From contig NC_134029.1 in NCBI RefSeq assembly GCF_964204645.1, positions 11,496,850-11,560,849 on the forward strand: a DNA stretch of 64,000 nucleotides, written 5' to 3'. The notes below the pieces were generated by a model. That model was not told where the DNA came from, searched no databases, and saw nothing but the letters and a program-made list of their open reading frames with translations. Made by a program: the position numbers and the translations under genes. The DNA is from Tubulanus polymorphus. Lineage: Eukaryota > Animalia > Nemertea. This document shows, piece after piece, positions 12,965-28,000 of this stretch (position 1 is the first letter of the stretch; the number at the start of each line of letters is the position of its first letter).

Positions 12965-13056
12965 CTTTAATCCAACACCACCTTCACTGACAGGAGTTAC
13001 GAGTTCCTTCACCCAGTTTTGAATTTCATAATCTTCTTTTAGAATATCATCCGATG
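12965..13056 (-). CDS. LOX exon 12 (last found)
   Basis: [30 protein letters not shown] (DxElQxW motif); donor GTTTGT. Confidence 0.9.
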
Positions 13057-16000
13057 CTTATCAAATAAATGCAAAACATACAAAAATTAAATACGTATAC
13101 AATATGCAAAACCCTTCATAGATTGTATTTGCAAATATCCTATTTGTACCAAAATGTGGGTACCAGGGACACCATGTCCAAATGGTGAAATGTTTGAGTT
13201 TGGTCTAGGTAAATACATGTTTAAACCAAATATCAAGAGAACACATCAAAGCATCATGAAACCTTCCAAACATAGCTTGATTCTGTCATTAGATGGATGG
13301 ATGTCTTATTGGACAGATGAATGACAAAAAGTGGATGCTACAGCCCGCTGGGCTAAAAGTGAGCTAAAAATGAGATCAGTTGACATAAAAACGTACCGTA
13401 ATATATTCCAACAATTCTTGAGACATAATTCTTGATAGCACGGAATAAGAGAAGCCCATCATCCCGGTAATGGTAATCAGGACAAACATTCGCTTCAAAC
13501 ATCTATTGACATGCAATAACAAAATGGCTATAACTTAGCATTCTAACAGCATTACAGTGAATAATCTAAATAAAAGACAGAAAATGGTGGATGCAAAATG
13601 AAATACCATCAGGAAGGACTAGGTACATCAGGATTGAAATTAACAATGGATCCAACACTCATGCTACCATTGTACCATACTTGGCAATGGTAAAATTCAA
13701 CTTTTCATCTTAAGCAATATAAAAGCGACACTGCCTAAGGCAGAGTTTACTGTATAAACAATATCATCCCGTATAAAATAATAATTCATAAGGTTAAGCT
13801 ACTGTGCAATGTATTATGTTTCTAAATTTCGAGAAAAAAATCCAAAATGCACAACACTGTGGTGAGTTTTAACTATTTGCATTCATAGTGGTGGATGCCG
13901 TGCACATTCTCCTCAAAATGTTGCATTGAACTAAACTTACCCCCCTACTTTCTAACTCCATTGGCAGGAGACCATCCACATCCATTCTCCAATGTTGAAA
14001 TCTGCAAAGATGCAATTTTAAGTAGACTTGAGTAGCAAATGAGGTGGCACAGTTTCAGTGCTCTTTAATAATGCTGTGGTTTTTTTAAGTAATGCTAATA
14101 TTATAATATGCTCAAGTTTTTGTGTGGATATGTTAAAAAACAAGCAGAATAATATAATCTCATGTTGAAACCAGGGCCCAGTCGTGACTTAAGTTGTTAG
14201 ATCGAGTATAGAACTTAGTTTGTCTTAGACCAGTCTTAAATCTAAGCTGTGACAATGCAACTGGCCCCAGAGGTTTATGAGCCATGAGTCTTCAATGGGA
14301 AAAGCGGAAGTTCCTGACCATTGTGGAAAATGAACACAAGGTCACTGTAGCTAAAGATATCAAGTATTAATAGAGATTCTGAATTAAATACAGTACAGCC
14401 TAGAAGTAACTTAATATTACAACACATCTGGCATTCGTTGGCGATCATTGGGTATTCAAGGTCAATTTTTTTATTTCGTCAATATTTAGTCAAAATATTT
14501 AGTCAACCAAGCAACAAAAATTCACCATATACGAACTCAACCTTCTTTCATATCTAAGCGATCGTGAAAGTTTCAGACGCGTACGTTGCGTTGAACGGAC
14601 ATAATCATAATCGTTTGACGTGGCGGATTTGACAATAACAATAGGACGACAGGTACTACTTACCGTCGTCCTAACAAATATACATGTCACAACTTGTGCT
14701 GCAATTTTTGATGCTCTATCCAACAATTACAGTCTCAAACTGCACATCATTGAATACCTCTTAAAGCAGATGAATAACAGCAACAGCAATAACTCCGGAG
14801 AAGGCGAAAAGTGGTTGTCCATCTTATTCAAACTTTATTGAAAATACTTTCAAAATAATATTGCAATATAAAATCTTTCAATGAAAAATAAACATTACAA
14901 AAAGGCCTGATAATAACATATTATTTGTCAATATAAGCACAGTTATCAATGTAACGACATATGTAAAATATTTGAGCAATTTTACTTAAGGACCTGTTTA
15001 AGAATAAAAAAGAAATCGACAAAATTTCATATTAAGATTTAAAGGTCACTCATTATCACTAGCAAAGTATGAATAAGCTTTGACATTTTAACTAACTTGT
15101 ACAACTAATTCTATGGTCACACCGAAACAAATATTGCACCATGCTCTCTATTTTCTGGATTTGAAGTGAAGATAGGTGGCTGAATGAATGTGATAAAATC
15201 AAAATCTTCTTGATATTTTTTAAAACGCGCAACAGTTTGATTGCCAACAAGTTGTTGATGAACAGAAGATAGTCCCCTAAGACTTGAATTGTATTAACTT
15301 CAACTTTTTTTAAATGTGCAACCTGAGGGAAATTCAATGTACATAACATCTGATCTATCACTACTGCACGTGCTGGTACCACAAGGTTGTTTCAGATAGG
15401 AAATGCCTTAACTCTGGTGGAGTTTCGATTTCAAAGCTATTCCGAGAAAAGCGGTGCTTGCTGTAGTATAGACGAATAGAAACCACTGTCTAGTGTAGAT
15501 AGGGATTGTACGTATTATTCAAAATCCAGTAACTCACATTCACAAAATCTGAAACAATTAAAAATGTACCAATTTAGTTTCTGCCTAATCAAAACAAATA
15601 AAACGTATTCTATACACTGTCGGGGCTTGTGAAGTTAGGATATCTAAGGCCAGTCATGGAAACCCGATGATCTAGTTACAGTTTTCGTTGCTTGCGAAAA
15701 AATCTAAGTCAAAACCCAAGAAAAATTTTGGCAGACGCTCACGACCAGCCAAACAATTTTCATCCATCCCCAAACCCATGCAACCGTCACAATAACTTGC
15801 CCCATCCTTTATTGAAATGACAGAAATACTATAAAAAAAACCTAGGCAGAGGTCCCGAAGCAGAAATTGAGAACAATGAATCTGAAAAAAAATGGAATTA
15901 TTTCACTCATTTTATGGTTACATAGGCCCATACACGGCTAACAGTGGCTAGGAGCAGATCGTCTCCTAGAGGCGAAATAAATAAGCTGAAATTTGAATTT

Positions 16001-19000
16001 TATAAATTTATAACTTTACAAAGGCACACAAATGCAGTTGAGAGAAAATCACATGCAACTAAAAATTATGCTGGATACTTTGATATCGATACAATGTAGC
16101 TCTGTTACACAAAAGATGGTTTGCCGCTAGATAAATCGACATAAAACACCAGCTGGCTAACTTCAACGTCACAGACACAGTTGTTTATTTTTCTAAGAAT
16201 TTTGCAGGCTGAAGACAATGACAGAATAACATTGGACCCAGCATTGCCATACTTAACTGGGTTCTTACATTGCATTAGATATTTCTATCATATTCAGCAA
16301 AAAAGATGAACTTACCCAAGACATCAAAATGGTGTTTTCTAATTCTTTCTATCTTATTTCATATAAACTGGTTGTTTCGGGAATACCCCAGCTGCTGAGG
16401 GTATTCCCTAAACAACCAATGAGAGCGTAGCTTTCTCATAATGAAATGACGTCAAAAAGTGTGATTATGTAGGCCGCGGTCTGAACTGTTGAAGAGCAGT
16501 GATTAACTGAAAGAGCCCACGTGAACGCCGCAGTAGAAGGTATTAATTTTCTGGATGGAACATATATTCGCGAAAAAATACCGAACTTTGACAGCTTATT
16601 ACTGTGTAACTGGAACGTTTCATGGTTTCATCTCCTCATCGTTTTATCTCTGTTTGGTACCGATTTGAATGGCACTCATCGCATAATGAAGGTGTACGGA
16701 ACAAAAGACGAGTTTCGATATGCCGCATTTTGTGAGCAAGTTATTTCAGGAAAGGTCTCCAGAGCCATTATGAAGACTCCGTCAACAAACGAAGATGTCA
16801 AAAACGATGCAAACTGTGGGTTATACTTGAATACAGAGTATAATTGAATTGGGTTTGATGTAATTTTGTTCAATGTAATCATCCCCATACAACCCTTGTT
16901 AGGGAACTTGTTTCTGTGAAAGAAGCACCTGCCCCAACTAGATCCTGGATCTGTTCCACTAATATAAAAACATATAATACAATACCCTTTAGCTATCAAC
17001 TGTAACATGCCATCACGACCAACAGTCATTGTCTTGTCCACCCAGCCTCCAGCTGCAATAAGTTTTTCCAAGCCTCGACTGAAATTTCAAAGTACAGTAC
17101 CAATTAATTATACCTCTAGTCTACCAATTCATCCAGGCTAATTTCTTTTGCATATATTTTCCAATTTAAAACTGATAAAACACATACTGGCTAGTCTGTT
17201 TACTGAATTTTAAGAAATTGAAATTAAACCTTATCAAATAATTCTTTCAATCTGTGCTGTCATAAGGTAAGTGCTAACAATCCCCAATTCGTCAAAGAAG
17301 GCGAAAATCTGCCATCTTTTGAATCTGGTCGAAAGCACAGATATGGCCCTAAGAAAATGAACCGTACAAAGACTAAAAGAGGAAAAACATCCAGCCTTCC
17401 CGTAAACCAGCCAAGCACTTTACAGAAGTGTTTTTGTAGATATGACAGCATATATGCACTTAGATACACAAAACTTGTTTTTATTATCAGAGAGCCTTTT
17501 ATTCTGCCAATAACGCTATTTCCACTAATGCAATATCTAGTAAGAGATACGCTCTTTCCACTGCCACCTGTACTGGCTTTCCCCAGTGCCCCACTTACAA
17601 TGTAGCGTATATACAACATACTGACTGGATACGTGTGCAGCACACATTACTATAACGGGATGGCAGGTTAGGCTGGGATACTACACGAACAAGTGTACAG
17701 TTTCAGGACGCTTTTATGGTCCGGTACAGGATACCTAACTATCTCAGCCCACATAAATTTCTGCGATTCTGAATCAATACACAACAGACACAGGCACGCC
17801 ACGTTTGTCTTTCAAATGCACAAAGCGGCGTTCACGCAAGGATTGCAGTAGGGTACTTTAGCGTTAAAACTATGAGGCCTATTCACAGCTTATTCAGTAC
17901 TGCACTGAAATACCGGGCTAAGTAAGCATGGACAGTGACTACGCACTGACAACCTGATCTCAGTTATCAGGGCTGTATGTGTGATGGGCTGGCTTTATCA
18001 TAGTCCGGTTCCGTCGTAGCCCACATTTTTGTGTTCGAGTCCATGTGCCTCAATAGTGTTACCGGGTGATACTGGAAGTGGCTCTCTCCTGTTACGGGAA
18101 TAAATAGAAGCAGGCTAAGTGATTTCTTTTGTAATTTCGTAATCCGTCTCTTTTAGAGGATTTCCTTTGTGCCCTATTTTTACCAGACAATAAGGGCAAA
18201 ACCATTTCATTGGTGGCAGCGATTGTGGGATTGAAAATTGAACCTATTTGTGGTTTTGAAGTTATTTTTATTAAGCGTTGCTAAATTTTTCATTTTAGTA
18301 GTATTTCGCCCGATACATGCTATGACCTATATTTTATAACCGTTTTGTGAACAAACTTTATATTTTGTGTAATCCCGTGTTTTTTTGTGTTGTCGGGACA
18401 TTAAGCTAGGCTTTCTCCATTATTCCCCCTAAATAGAGCCAATAAGAATATCATCCCCTACAGACCCCAACGTCCCTCCCATAGCAGGCGACGGTATCGA
18501 GAATGATGACCTGCAAAGCAATTTTGTCAGAAAATTTGCCCTATACATGGAGGCGGCTTTATTGCGCGATAGCCCATCACTCGAACAAACATCCCGGTAC
18601 CGAAAACCTACTCCATGGGTCATAATGTTCGGGTGAGGTTAGAGCGATTTGATGCATACGCTGACATGGTTGGGATAAGCGCTGTGTCACCCGATGGCGA
18701 GGCCCGAAAAGCCCACCTGTAGATGAGGTTAGACCACAAAGCCTACCAAGCGGTTTCTAACCTCAGGCTCGCTGGGACAATCAGCTATGCAGAATTTTGT
18801 GTCCAGTTGAGAAATCGGTTTGAACACACAAAGACAAGATGCAATTTAAGGGGAGAGAACAGCGCCACGACGAATCCTTCAAATATTTTGCCGATTCATT
18901 GGCGGAGCTAGCCCAAAACGCTTACCCGAAAGTTTACTTTGAGATGTGAAAAAGTATGGAAATGATGAAGGACATGCAGTGTTGCCAGCACGTAGCTAAA

Positions 19001-22000
19001 ATATTTCCGGAAATCTTACTGCTATTTTTTTTAGTTACACACGCGAACCAGCTGACGGAAAATTTTAGAAATTAGAAGCGTTTTCCAAGCACTTAGAGCG
19101 ATCTTGAACCCATGAACGACTATTATATTTTGGAAGGTAATGGCAATTTCCAATGTGGCACATCCTCATTCGACGACGATCAGCATTTCACACATTACGG
19201 GTCGAGCCCTGAATTATTGCAGTCAACCAAAGCGCGTTTCGTGTACCGTGCTGAAGCAGGTTTCATAGCCTCAAGACCAACCAAAAATCAAGGCTAGTTT
19301 ATGAAGCACATTCAAGGCTTTCTACCCCCATGAAAAACATTTTTACGGCAATATTTCCTCGCTTCATCCATTCAAAATCAATCAAAACAGCTTTAACAGG
19401 GTTCATTGTGCCACTGTTGACCCAAATTCACTGATATTTACCGACACAGCCAACTACAGGAACTTAACCCTTTCAATACCACATAGTGTCTCCGCTGCTG
19501 TACCGGAGGGAATTTAACCCTTTCAGTGCTGACTAATCAATACCCTATCGTGCTGGAGATAATTTGAAATATTTGAAAAATTCCACCCTAGTGTTTTGAA
19601 TAACGGGAATACCACTATAGTGCGTCTACACTGCGGTGCAGTGTATCATAGTTACTAGTATTTCACTATGCTTGACAGGTGCTGCCATCTTTCAATAGAG
19701 ATAAAAACTAATTACTAATTACATCAAAACACTGCAGTGCGGTGTACTAGCAAAATCCATCACTGATTCGTACACCGCACTGCAGTGTAGACGCACTGAA
19801 AGGGTTAAGGGTTCATATGGGTATATTTGAAACTTCATAAAATAGTTACCAAGGTATCTGACACAGAAAATTTATATAGCATGTTGTTGATAACTTTTTG
19901 GCCAACAATGTAGACATAAATAATTTGGATATAAGTGAAGATGGCCGCCATGAAAACTAGGGGTCCAGGGACACCATGCCCACTTGGGGAGTGGTTTCAA
20001 ATGCTCAACAATCTAACAATTTCAATTTTCAACGCCCCCTGGTGACCATTTACAAAAACCAACGACCTTGAAACTCACCACAATCATAGAACATGTCAGC
20101 AGCTACGATTTTGTAATTGATTGTGATAACAAAATATGCCTTGTTACCAATTTAATATGGAAATACTAAGTCATTCTACTATTCAATGCCCCCTGGTGAC
20201 CATATTCAAAACCCATTGACCTCGAAACTCACCACAATCATAGAACATGTCATGAACTACAACTTTGCAATTGATCATGGTAACAAAATATGCCTAGGTA
20301 CCAATATAATAAGGAAATACTAAGTTATTCTACTATTCAACGCCCCCTGGTGACCATATAGAAAAACTAATGTCCTTAAAACTCGCAACAATCATAGATG
20401 ATGTCATGAGCTACAACTTTCCAATTGATTGTGGTTACAAAATATGCATAGGTACGAATATAATATAGAAATACTAAGATATTGTATTATTCAACGCCCC
20501 CTGGTGGCCATATACGAAATCCAATTACCTTGAAACTCACCACAATCATAGAGCACGTTATGAGCTACAACTTTCTAATTGATTGTGGTAGCAAAATACG
20601 CTTAGGTATCAATATAATGTGGAAAAACTTTTTCCCACTTACGAATGAGTACTGGTGACACAAAGATGGCCGCCAATTGCGTCATAATTGGCTGATGAAA
20701 AATACCTGTCTCAGGTATAAAACATCCTTTTCCAAAGAATACCCATCACAAATTGCAATGAGAAATGGCAAACCAGTAGGAAGCTACAGGACTCAGAATT
20801 CGGGCCAAAATTAACATTTTTGGGCAATAAAAAGGTCATAGGAAGGCCATCTTGAGTCCGACCAACCCAATTTTTGTTATGTTGATGGGCCCTGGGGGGA
20901 TTCACATATATTCGAAAGATCAAGGTAATTAACGTTACCTTGAAGTGTCTTCAAAACTTCCCAAAATAACTGGATTCCGTCTACGGACGGACGGACGCTA
21001 CGACGGACGGACGGACGACGGACGAAAAGTGAACGCAATAGCCCGCTGGGACTAAAGTCCCAAGTGGGCTAAAAATTCACGAAAGTTTCAGATAAACTGC
21101 TCTGCCTCCCAGCAAAATGCACTGATCTATTCAATTCCAACTGAAATTGTATGCCATATATCCTTACTTTATGTATTAAAAATTTCAAAGCAATAGAACT
21201 AAAAATTTATTTTTCCACTCATTTACAAACATCTCCACCGATACGTCGGAAGGCCGGATGTAAGGGGTTTCATTGGGGTATAATTTCAGGCCTCAGAAAA
21301 CTGTTACCTGTGTATTTGACACTGATACATTGTATACCATGGTGTTGATAACCATTGGGCTTACAAATAAGACAAATTATTTGGATATATGTGGCCTTGA
21401 GGATGGACAGTTTTTGGTTCTTCATTATTGTTATTGGTGTCCATTGCCATGACAACCGTATCAACAGGGTCTAAAAAATTTGTCACTGATTTCATTTTCA
21501 TCATCAAAATCATTGCCGGCACTATAAACCTATTTTCTGACTAAGTCTCATTATCTGAATTGCTGCTGTCATATTCGTTGTCACTCACAATTCTTTTACT
21601 ACCAAATTCCAAGTCACCAGCATCACTGTCAGCATCATATACGAGTTGCTGAACCGTTTCATCCAGCCAAATTGTTTTCTCCTGGCTGTTGCCATCTTGG
21701 ATTTTATGCAGATGGCAGCACCCGCTGATACTGATAGATATGCCCTTCTAGTAGAAGGGTTAAGTGATACCATATCACATACGGTACGGGTATGCTAGCT
21801 TGCCAATTTGTACTGTATGCCATATGGTAGTGGTATTGTAAGGGTTAAAGAAATTTGATCATTTTAATTTTGAGCCAGTGACCGAATGCTTCACTAATGA
21901 CTTTTCAAATAAGTACAGATTTTCCACGTAAAATCTTGGAAATATAATGGAAGAAATAAGTGTGAAAACTGTATTGGGTGGAATTCAAATGATGGGAGAA

Positions 22001-25000
22001 AACTTACTTTTTGCAATTAATTAAGATGGAAATATCAAGAAAAAATATTTTTTTTTCTTAATTAAATCTGATGAAAGCACAACTTTTTTCAACCAGATGT
22101 TTTTGGTGGGATTTCAGAGGGGATCCATGGTCCAAGTCAATTGACATCATCTTCATGAAAATCATATTTCCGGAAATCTTCCCGATATTTTTTCTGAGTT
22201 ACAGAAATATTCCCAAAATAACTGGATTCCGTGTACGGACGAATGGATGAAAAGTTAACGCAATAGCTGCTGAGACCTCAGTCCAAAGTGGGCTAAAAAT
22301 CTTGTTTATAGTCAGGTAGAGATAAGCAAATTACTTAGACTTACGAGTTTATTGCAATCAGGTAAAGGAAATGAGGAGCAAGTAGTTTGAATATCGGGTG
22401 AGATGGTGAAATCTGCCTGTGTGTACTAATACTAATACCTTCCATCAGTAAGTGCGTTAAACCTAGAAAACATACCAGATGATCATAGTTGATTTTGGAT
22501 TGACAGATCAACAGAAAAATCAGATTTTTTACCTACATTTTGCCAGCAGCTGGACGAAAACCAAAAAAATTGATGATTGAAAGACTTTCACTAAGATTTA
22601 ACAGACTGATTCCAGTTAAAAGACCAGCTGAATACTATGAATAAACCCAGAGTCTTTTTACAGTAATCTTCTTTCCCAAAAGTTGCTTTGAATCAAACTA
22701 GGGGTCCAGGGACACCATGCCCACTTAGAAAAATCTCAATATTCAATGCTCGCTGAACACCAAAAGAAACCAATGACCTTGAAACTGACCACTATCATAG
22801 AACAAGTCACAAGCTACAATTTTGAAATCGATTGTGGTTACAAAATATCCATAGATACCTATATAAATAGGCTAAATTGTACATAATTCAATATTCAACA
22901 CCCCCTGTTGGCGAGAACAAAAACAAGGTAACCCGAACTCCACGTGAGATGAATCCTAAGACAGTTATTGAATATTCATTCTCGAGAGACTTAATAATGT
23001 TCTTATTTTAGTTTATTTCAATGTCACAATCTGTAAATAAAATCTGTCTAATAAAATCCGTGGCTGACGATGTAGTATAGAAAGTATAAGTTCTGAAGAG
23101 AAACTAAGCCTCGTTTGGACGTTATTTTGTACCAAAGGAAGAAAGTTTCATATGCGATAACAAAATGGACTTCGCTAAAGCGAAAGTCCATAAAAATATA
23201 CAAAAATACAAAATATACAGGTATCAATATAAACAGACAAATTATAAATCATTCAATATTTAACTCCTCCTGGTGGCAAGAACAAAGAATAAGGTGATTC
23301 CAATTACATGTGAGGAGATGTACCTTATCTTAAGTCCAACCGCTCCAATTTTTCTCATGCCCTTGAGAATTGGGGGATAAAAATATATACAAAGTATCAA
23401 AGTAATTGATCAAAGCATCTTGAAAATTTCCCTCGAAAACTTGAAAAATTTTGGCCAACAATGGCTGCCAGTCGGCCATCTTGATTCTGAACGAGCCAGT
23501 TTTTGGGTTGAAGATATGATTAGGGTAGATACATATTTAAACCAAACATCAAGACGTTACATTGAAGCGTCTTCAAAACTTCCCAAAATAACTGGATTCT
23601 GTCTACAGACGAACGGACGGACAGACAAAAAGTGAACGCAATAGCCCGCTGGGACTTAAGTCATGTGATGAAAGATTTGATGAGGTGGACCACCAAAATC
23701 GTGTCCTTTTGGGCCCCGAAATTCATCAAACCTTAGTTGGATTTGAAGTGAGTGCTCAGATGTGTCATGTTCAAACTGGAAATATTTGAGAAATTAAAAT
23801 AGGAGGAATTTGATTTCTGTTCGGTATTTCGTGGACGAAAAAGTGCCGGGCGGATTCGGGCGGCTTGAGGAGTAATAGGCAGGGCAGTATACGGGCGACT
23901 TGAGTGCTAATGGGTTAAAACTGATATTTTAGCGTAAATTCAGCTCATTACGATTTGGAGAATGGATAATGCTATAAATGAATAATTTGAATGAATTATA
24001 TGGTCAGTTGCACAGTCAAAGGACCTTAGCTCTGGAAACCATGTCATTTAAATTCGCTCCATTTGTATGATCAGCTTATGGCTGGCCTAAAAATGTGTCA
24101 AGTATTGATATCCGTAAACTATAATAGCTGCCAGTTGGTCATCTTGTTTCCGACTGGGCCAGTTTTTGGGCTCAAGATGTGTCTAGGGTAGATACGTGTA
24201 AAAACGAAATAGACGATCCCTTGAAGGGTTTTCAAAACTTCCCAAAATAACTGCATTCCATCTACTGATGAACGGACGACGGACGAAAGTGAATGCAATA
24301 GCCTGCTTGGACTATAGTCAAACTATAGTCAAGCTAAACTAGGGGTCCAGGGACACCATGCCCACTTGGGAAGTGGTTTCAAATGCTCAACAATCTAACA
24401 ATTTCAATATTCAACGCCCTCTGGTGACCATCTACAAAAACCAATGACCTTGAAACTCACCACAATCATAAAACATGTCAGCGGCTACGATTTTGTAATC
24501 GATTGTGATAACCAAATATGCCTCGTTACCAATTTAATACGGAAATACTAAGTTATTCTACTATTCAACGCCCCCTGGTGACCATATTCAAAACCCAATA
24601 ACCTTGTAACTCACAATAATCATAGAAATTGTCATGAACTACAAATTTGCAATTGATCATGGTAACAAAATATGCCTAGGTACCAATCTAATAAGGAAAT
24701 ACTAAGCTATTCTACTATTCAACACCCCCTGGTGACTTTATGGAATAACTAATGTACTTAAAAACTCACCACAATCATAGACGGTGTCATGAACTACAAC
24801 TTTGCAATTGACCATATGCAAAACCCAATGACCTTAAAACTCACCACAATTGTAGTACATGTCATGAAATACAACTTTGCAATTGATCATGGTAACAAAA
24901 TATGCCTAGGTACCAATCTAATAAGGAAATACTACATTATTCTATTATTCAACGCCCCCTGGTGGCCTCATACAAAAACAAATGACCTTGAAACTCACCA

Positions 25001-28000
25001 AAATCATAGAACACGTTATGGGCTACTACTTTCCAATTGATTGTAGTAACACAATATGCTTAGGTCCAAAGTGGGCTAAAAAGTTAAAACTTAGGCCATC
25101 CCAAAATGATTGTCTGTTTGCCATAACACGGACTCAAGTTTCAGGATGAGTTAGTAGGTAGGTAGAAATATTTTTTTTGCAAAATTTTAGGGCAAAAAAC
25201 AAATTTATCACCTTTTTTGTATGGAAACAATATAAAAAATAAAATTCATTTCAATGAATCCCAAAAAAGTTTCCACTCGGTACCTTTGAAGTCGGGTCGG
25301 TCGGGTAACGACAAACATACCATTATTTTGGGATGGCCTTATGTATATCTTCTACTTTGTATACCAGTCTTAAGATAAATAACAGATACTGATACATAGA
25401 TATTTCAAGATTTTATAATCAAAGAATATAAAAGTGGATCAGAAGATGCATCAATGCAGAGGTCATGGTCATGCTCCTACGGCAGATTCAAACCTGATGG
25501 CATCGCTACACTCAGCCATAGCACGAAACCCTGCCACACTAGACCAGGTGTGCTGGTTTACGGCGCGAAAACTTGTGGCACCAATCAGATTGCTTGTTGT
25601 TTAATTGCAGAGGCAAATTTCACGCAAGAACTATAAAGGGGAAAACCCGGGCTAAAATAACACGGGATAGCTGGTTGGCTCATATTGATATCGATTAGGC
25701 CTAAGCTGCGCATGTAGCTGTATGTAGCTGTATTCGAATCCCTGCCGGGGAGGATGCAAATGGTTCTACTGAGAAGTGAAGACTTAATGCTAGATTCAAA
25801 GTGATTATCCAATATGTATATTCAGTCTGAAGCTTCTTCTAAGTATTCCTGAAATGAATTAGAATCCAGTACATGTGAAAACAGACTGCATACAAAATGA
25901 TGGAAAAGATCATTATTACCAAGATGTGTGAGACATTGGTGGTAAGTAGCATCGGCGTTGTTGTACCATATTTTAGCAAGGAGCCAAACATACGGTTGAT
26001 CAGTCGGAAAAAATACCTTCAAAACAATGAATGGTGACATTTAATTTCAACATTTATTTTTCCCTTACGGGCATCAGATTTATCAGGTTTATGAAATCTT
26101 TTTTCAGGCAGCTCCAGAATGTTTAAAAATGCCTATTTGGAGAGAACGTGATGTCAAAGCATCTAGTATTGAACCCTCCCTTTGGGTTTCTGGCAATGGT
26201 TTTGGCTCATTTCTCATTTTTTCATATTTACTCCTGTTTAAGTTCACATATTATTTTAGACTAACATTGGTGGTTTCAAATGATCTAAAATATTTCTATA
26301 TTTTCGAGAAGTTATTCAATTTTAAATATTGGGACTTTGATGTTGAATACATTAATCACATTTTTAGTCATATGTACTACTTACAGGGTTATCTGGTCCT
26401 GGCTTCTGAAATAATTGAATAGCTATCGGGCGCAAAGTTTTATCACCCGCAACAAAAAATAATGCTATCGGTGCACAGAGCTGAAAAATATAAAATAAGA
26501 CTCTGTAAGTATCAGGTGAATAATGGACAATTTTTTACCGGGGAGGGATTTTAACTTGTTACCTACCCTCGTACATCATCAAATTGATAAACAAAATATA
26601 TTATGCAATCACTTTAACTGCTTAAGTTTATCTATAATAGGGCCTATTGCCTATGCTGTGAAGTATTCCGTGAACTCTTTAACACTTTGATTGTTCTTTG
26701 ATCTTTTAATCATTAGATGCACCTTTATGCCTAGTTATTCCATCACAGACATTTTCTTCAGTCAATGCCCTTTGGATTCCAATCCAAAGTACCTCGGGGT
26801 CTGAGGTCAAAGGGACATTCCAGCTTGAGAATAAACAGATGTATTCAGGGCTAATCAGATGCCATTTTCTATTGAAAAAGAACTTTTTAATACAACTTAC
26901 AGCTCTATTTTCTGGGCACTTGATTCCTTCCAATATTTTTAAGTCAACAATGAATAAACGTTTAGCTGCAACAATTTGCTGAAAGGACCAACCATCAAGG
27001 AACGGTTTTAATGTTTCTTCATCCACTGCTAACCTAGAAAATAAATGTGCATCATCTATCCTAATAGTAATCACTATTTTTTTTATCAATACATTGAAAA
27101 GATAATAAGATTAGTGCAACAATGTCATTTTTCTACAAATATCGTAGACTAAACCCCTATCAAGAATAACTTAAGTAAGGGTGGATCCCAATTTTCCGCA
27201 CAAGAATCGAACAACAATAAAACATTTCAGCTTCATATGTACCGTAAAAACCGGCATATAAGTCTACGCGGCGTATAACCCTACCAACCCTACCCCCTCC
27301 TCATCATTTTCTCAACGGATCTACATCAATCTCAAGAATGATAAAAATTTTAAAAGATCTTCATCATGATGATTTGGCAAAAACTCTGGGTCCACTTGTG
27401 GGAATACTTGACAATATAACCATTTCAATTTTCAACACCCCTTGGTGAATAATTGATAGGTTTACTGGATTCCATCTACGGACAGTGAATGGACGAAAAG
27501 TAAACGAGATAGCCCACTTAAGGACCATAGTCCAAGCGGGCAATTTCGGGAAATGGCCGATATCCCGATCAGCCAACTTTTGGGTTCCTAAGGGTAGATA
27601 CATGGCAAAGCAAGACAATTCAAGCATGTTGAAACCGCCCAAAAGAATTTCATGCCATCTATCTATATCCATATATCGATGAAACGTGATTGCAACAGTG
27701 CCCTAAAGAGCATTGGGGCCCTATGAGAAATTTTCCCTTTCAAAAGGGCAGGGAAGTGTGAAAGTACCATGTATTTTAGAACGCTACCCAAAGCATACTT
27801 ACTTGTCAGGTATTTCAAGGCATAGTTGAATAAGCACAGGGTTACAGCCACACAGACGCTGAGCACCAAATCTTGTATCATTACTCCATAAATGTACACC
27901 CTAAAAATGATGTTTTCTCATTTGAAATTTTTTTCTCACATAAAAATCTGTTGTCCCAGACCACAAAGCCTAAAACGGCAACCACACACAAGGTATAAAG

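Larger units (their letters stand above)
19468..21844 (-). mobile_element. Old piggyBac-like element hosting nested insertions
   Basis: TTAA at 19464-19467 and 21845-21848; TIR CCCTTTCAATACCAC vs CCCTTACAATACCAC (14/15); acidic N-terminal-like remnant on the minus strand near 21500-21695. Confidence 0.65.

Noticed and set aside
21743-21763. CCCTTCTA-G-TAGAAGGG-TTAA as a collapsed piggyBac footprint
   Set aside because: Arms are only 8 bp and TTAA is present on one side only; could be chance
25806-25848. Extra LOX exon at the TTTCAG acceptor near 25849
   Set aside because: In the required phase it reads [14 protein letters not shown] with no LOX similarity; exon 22462-22345 continues the motif exactly
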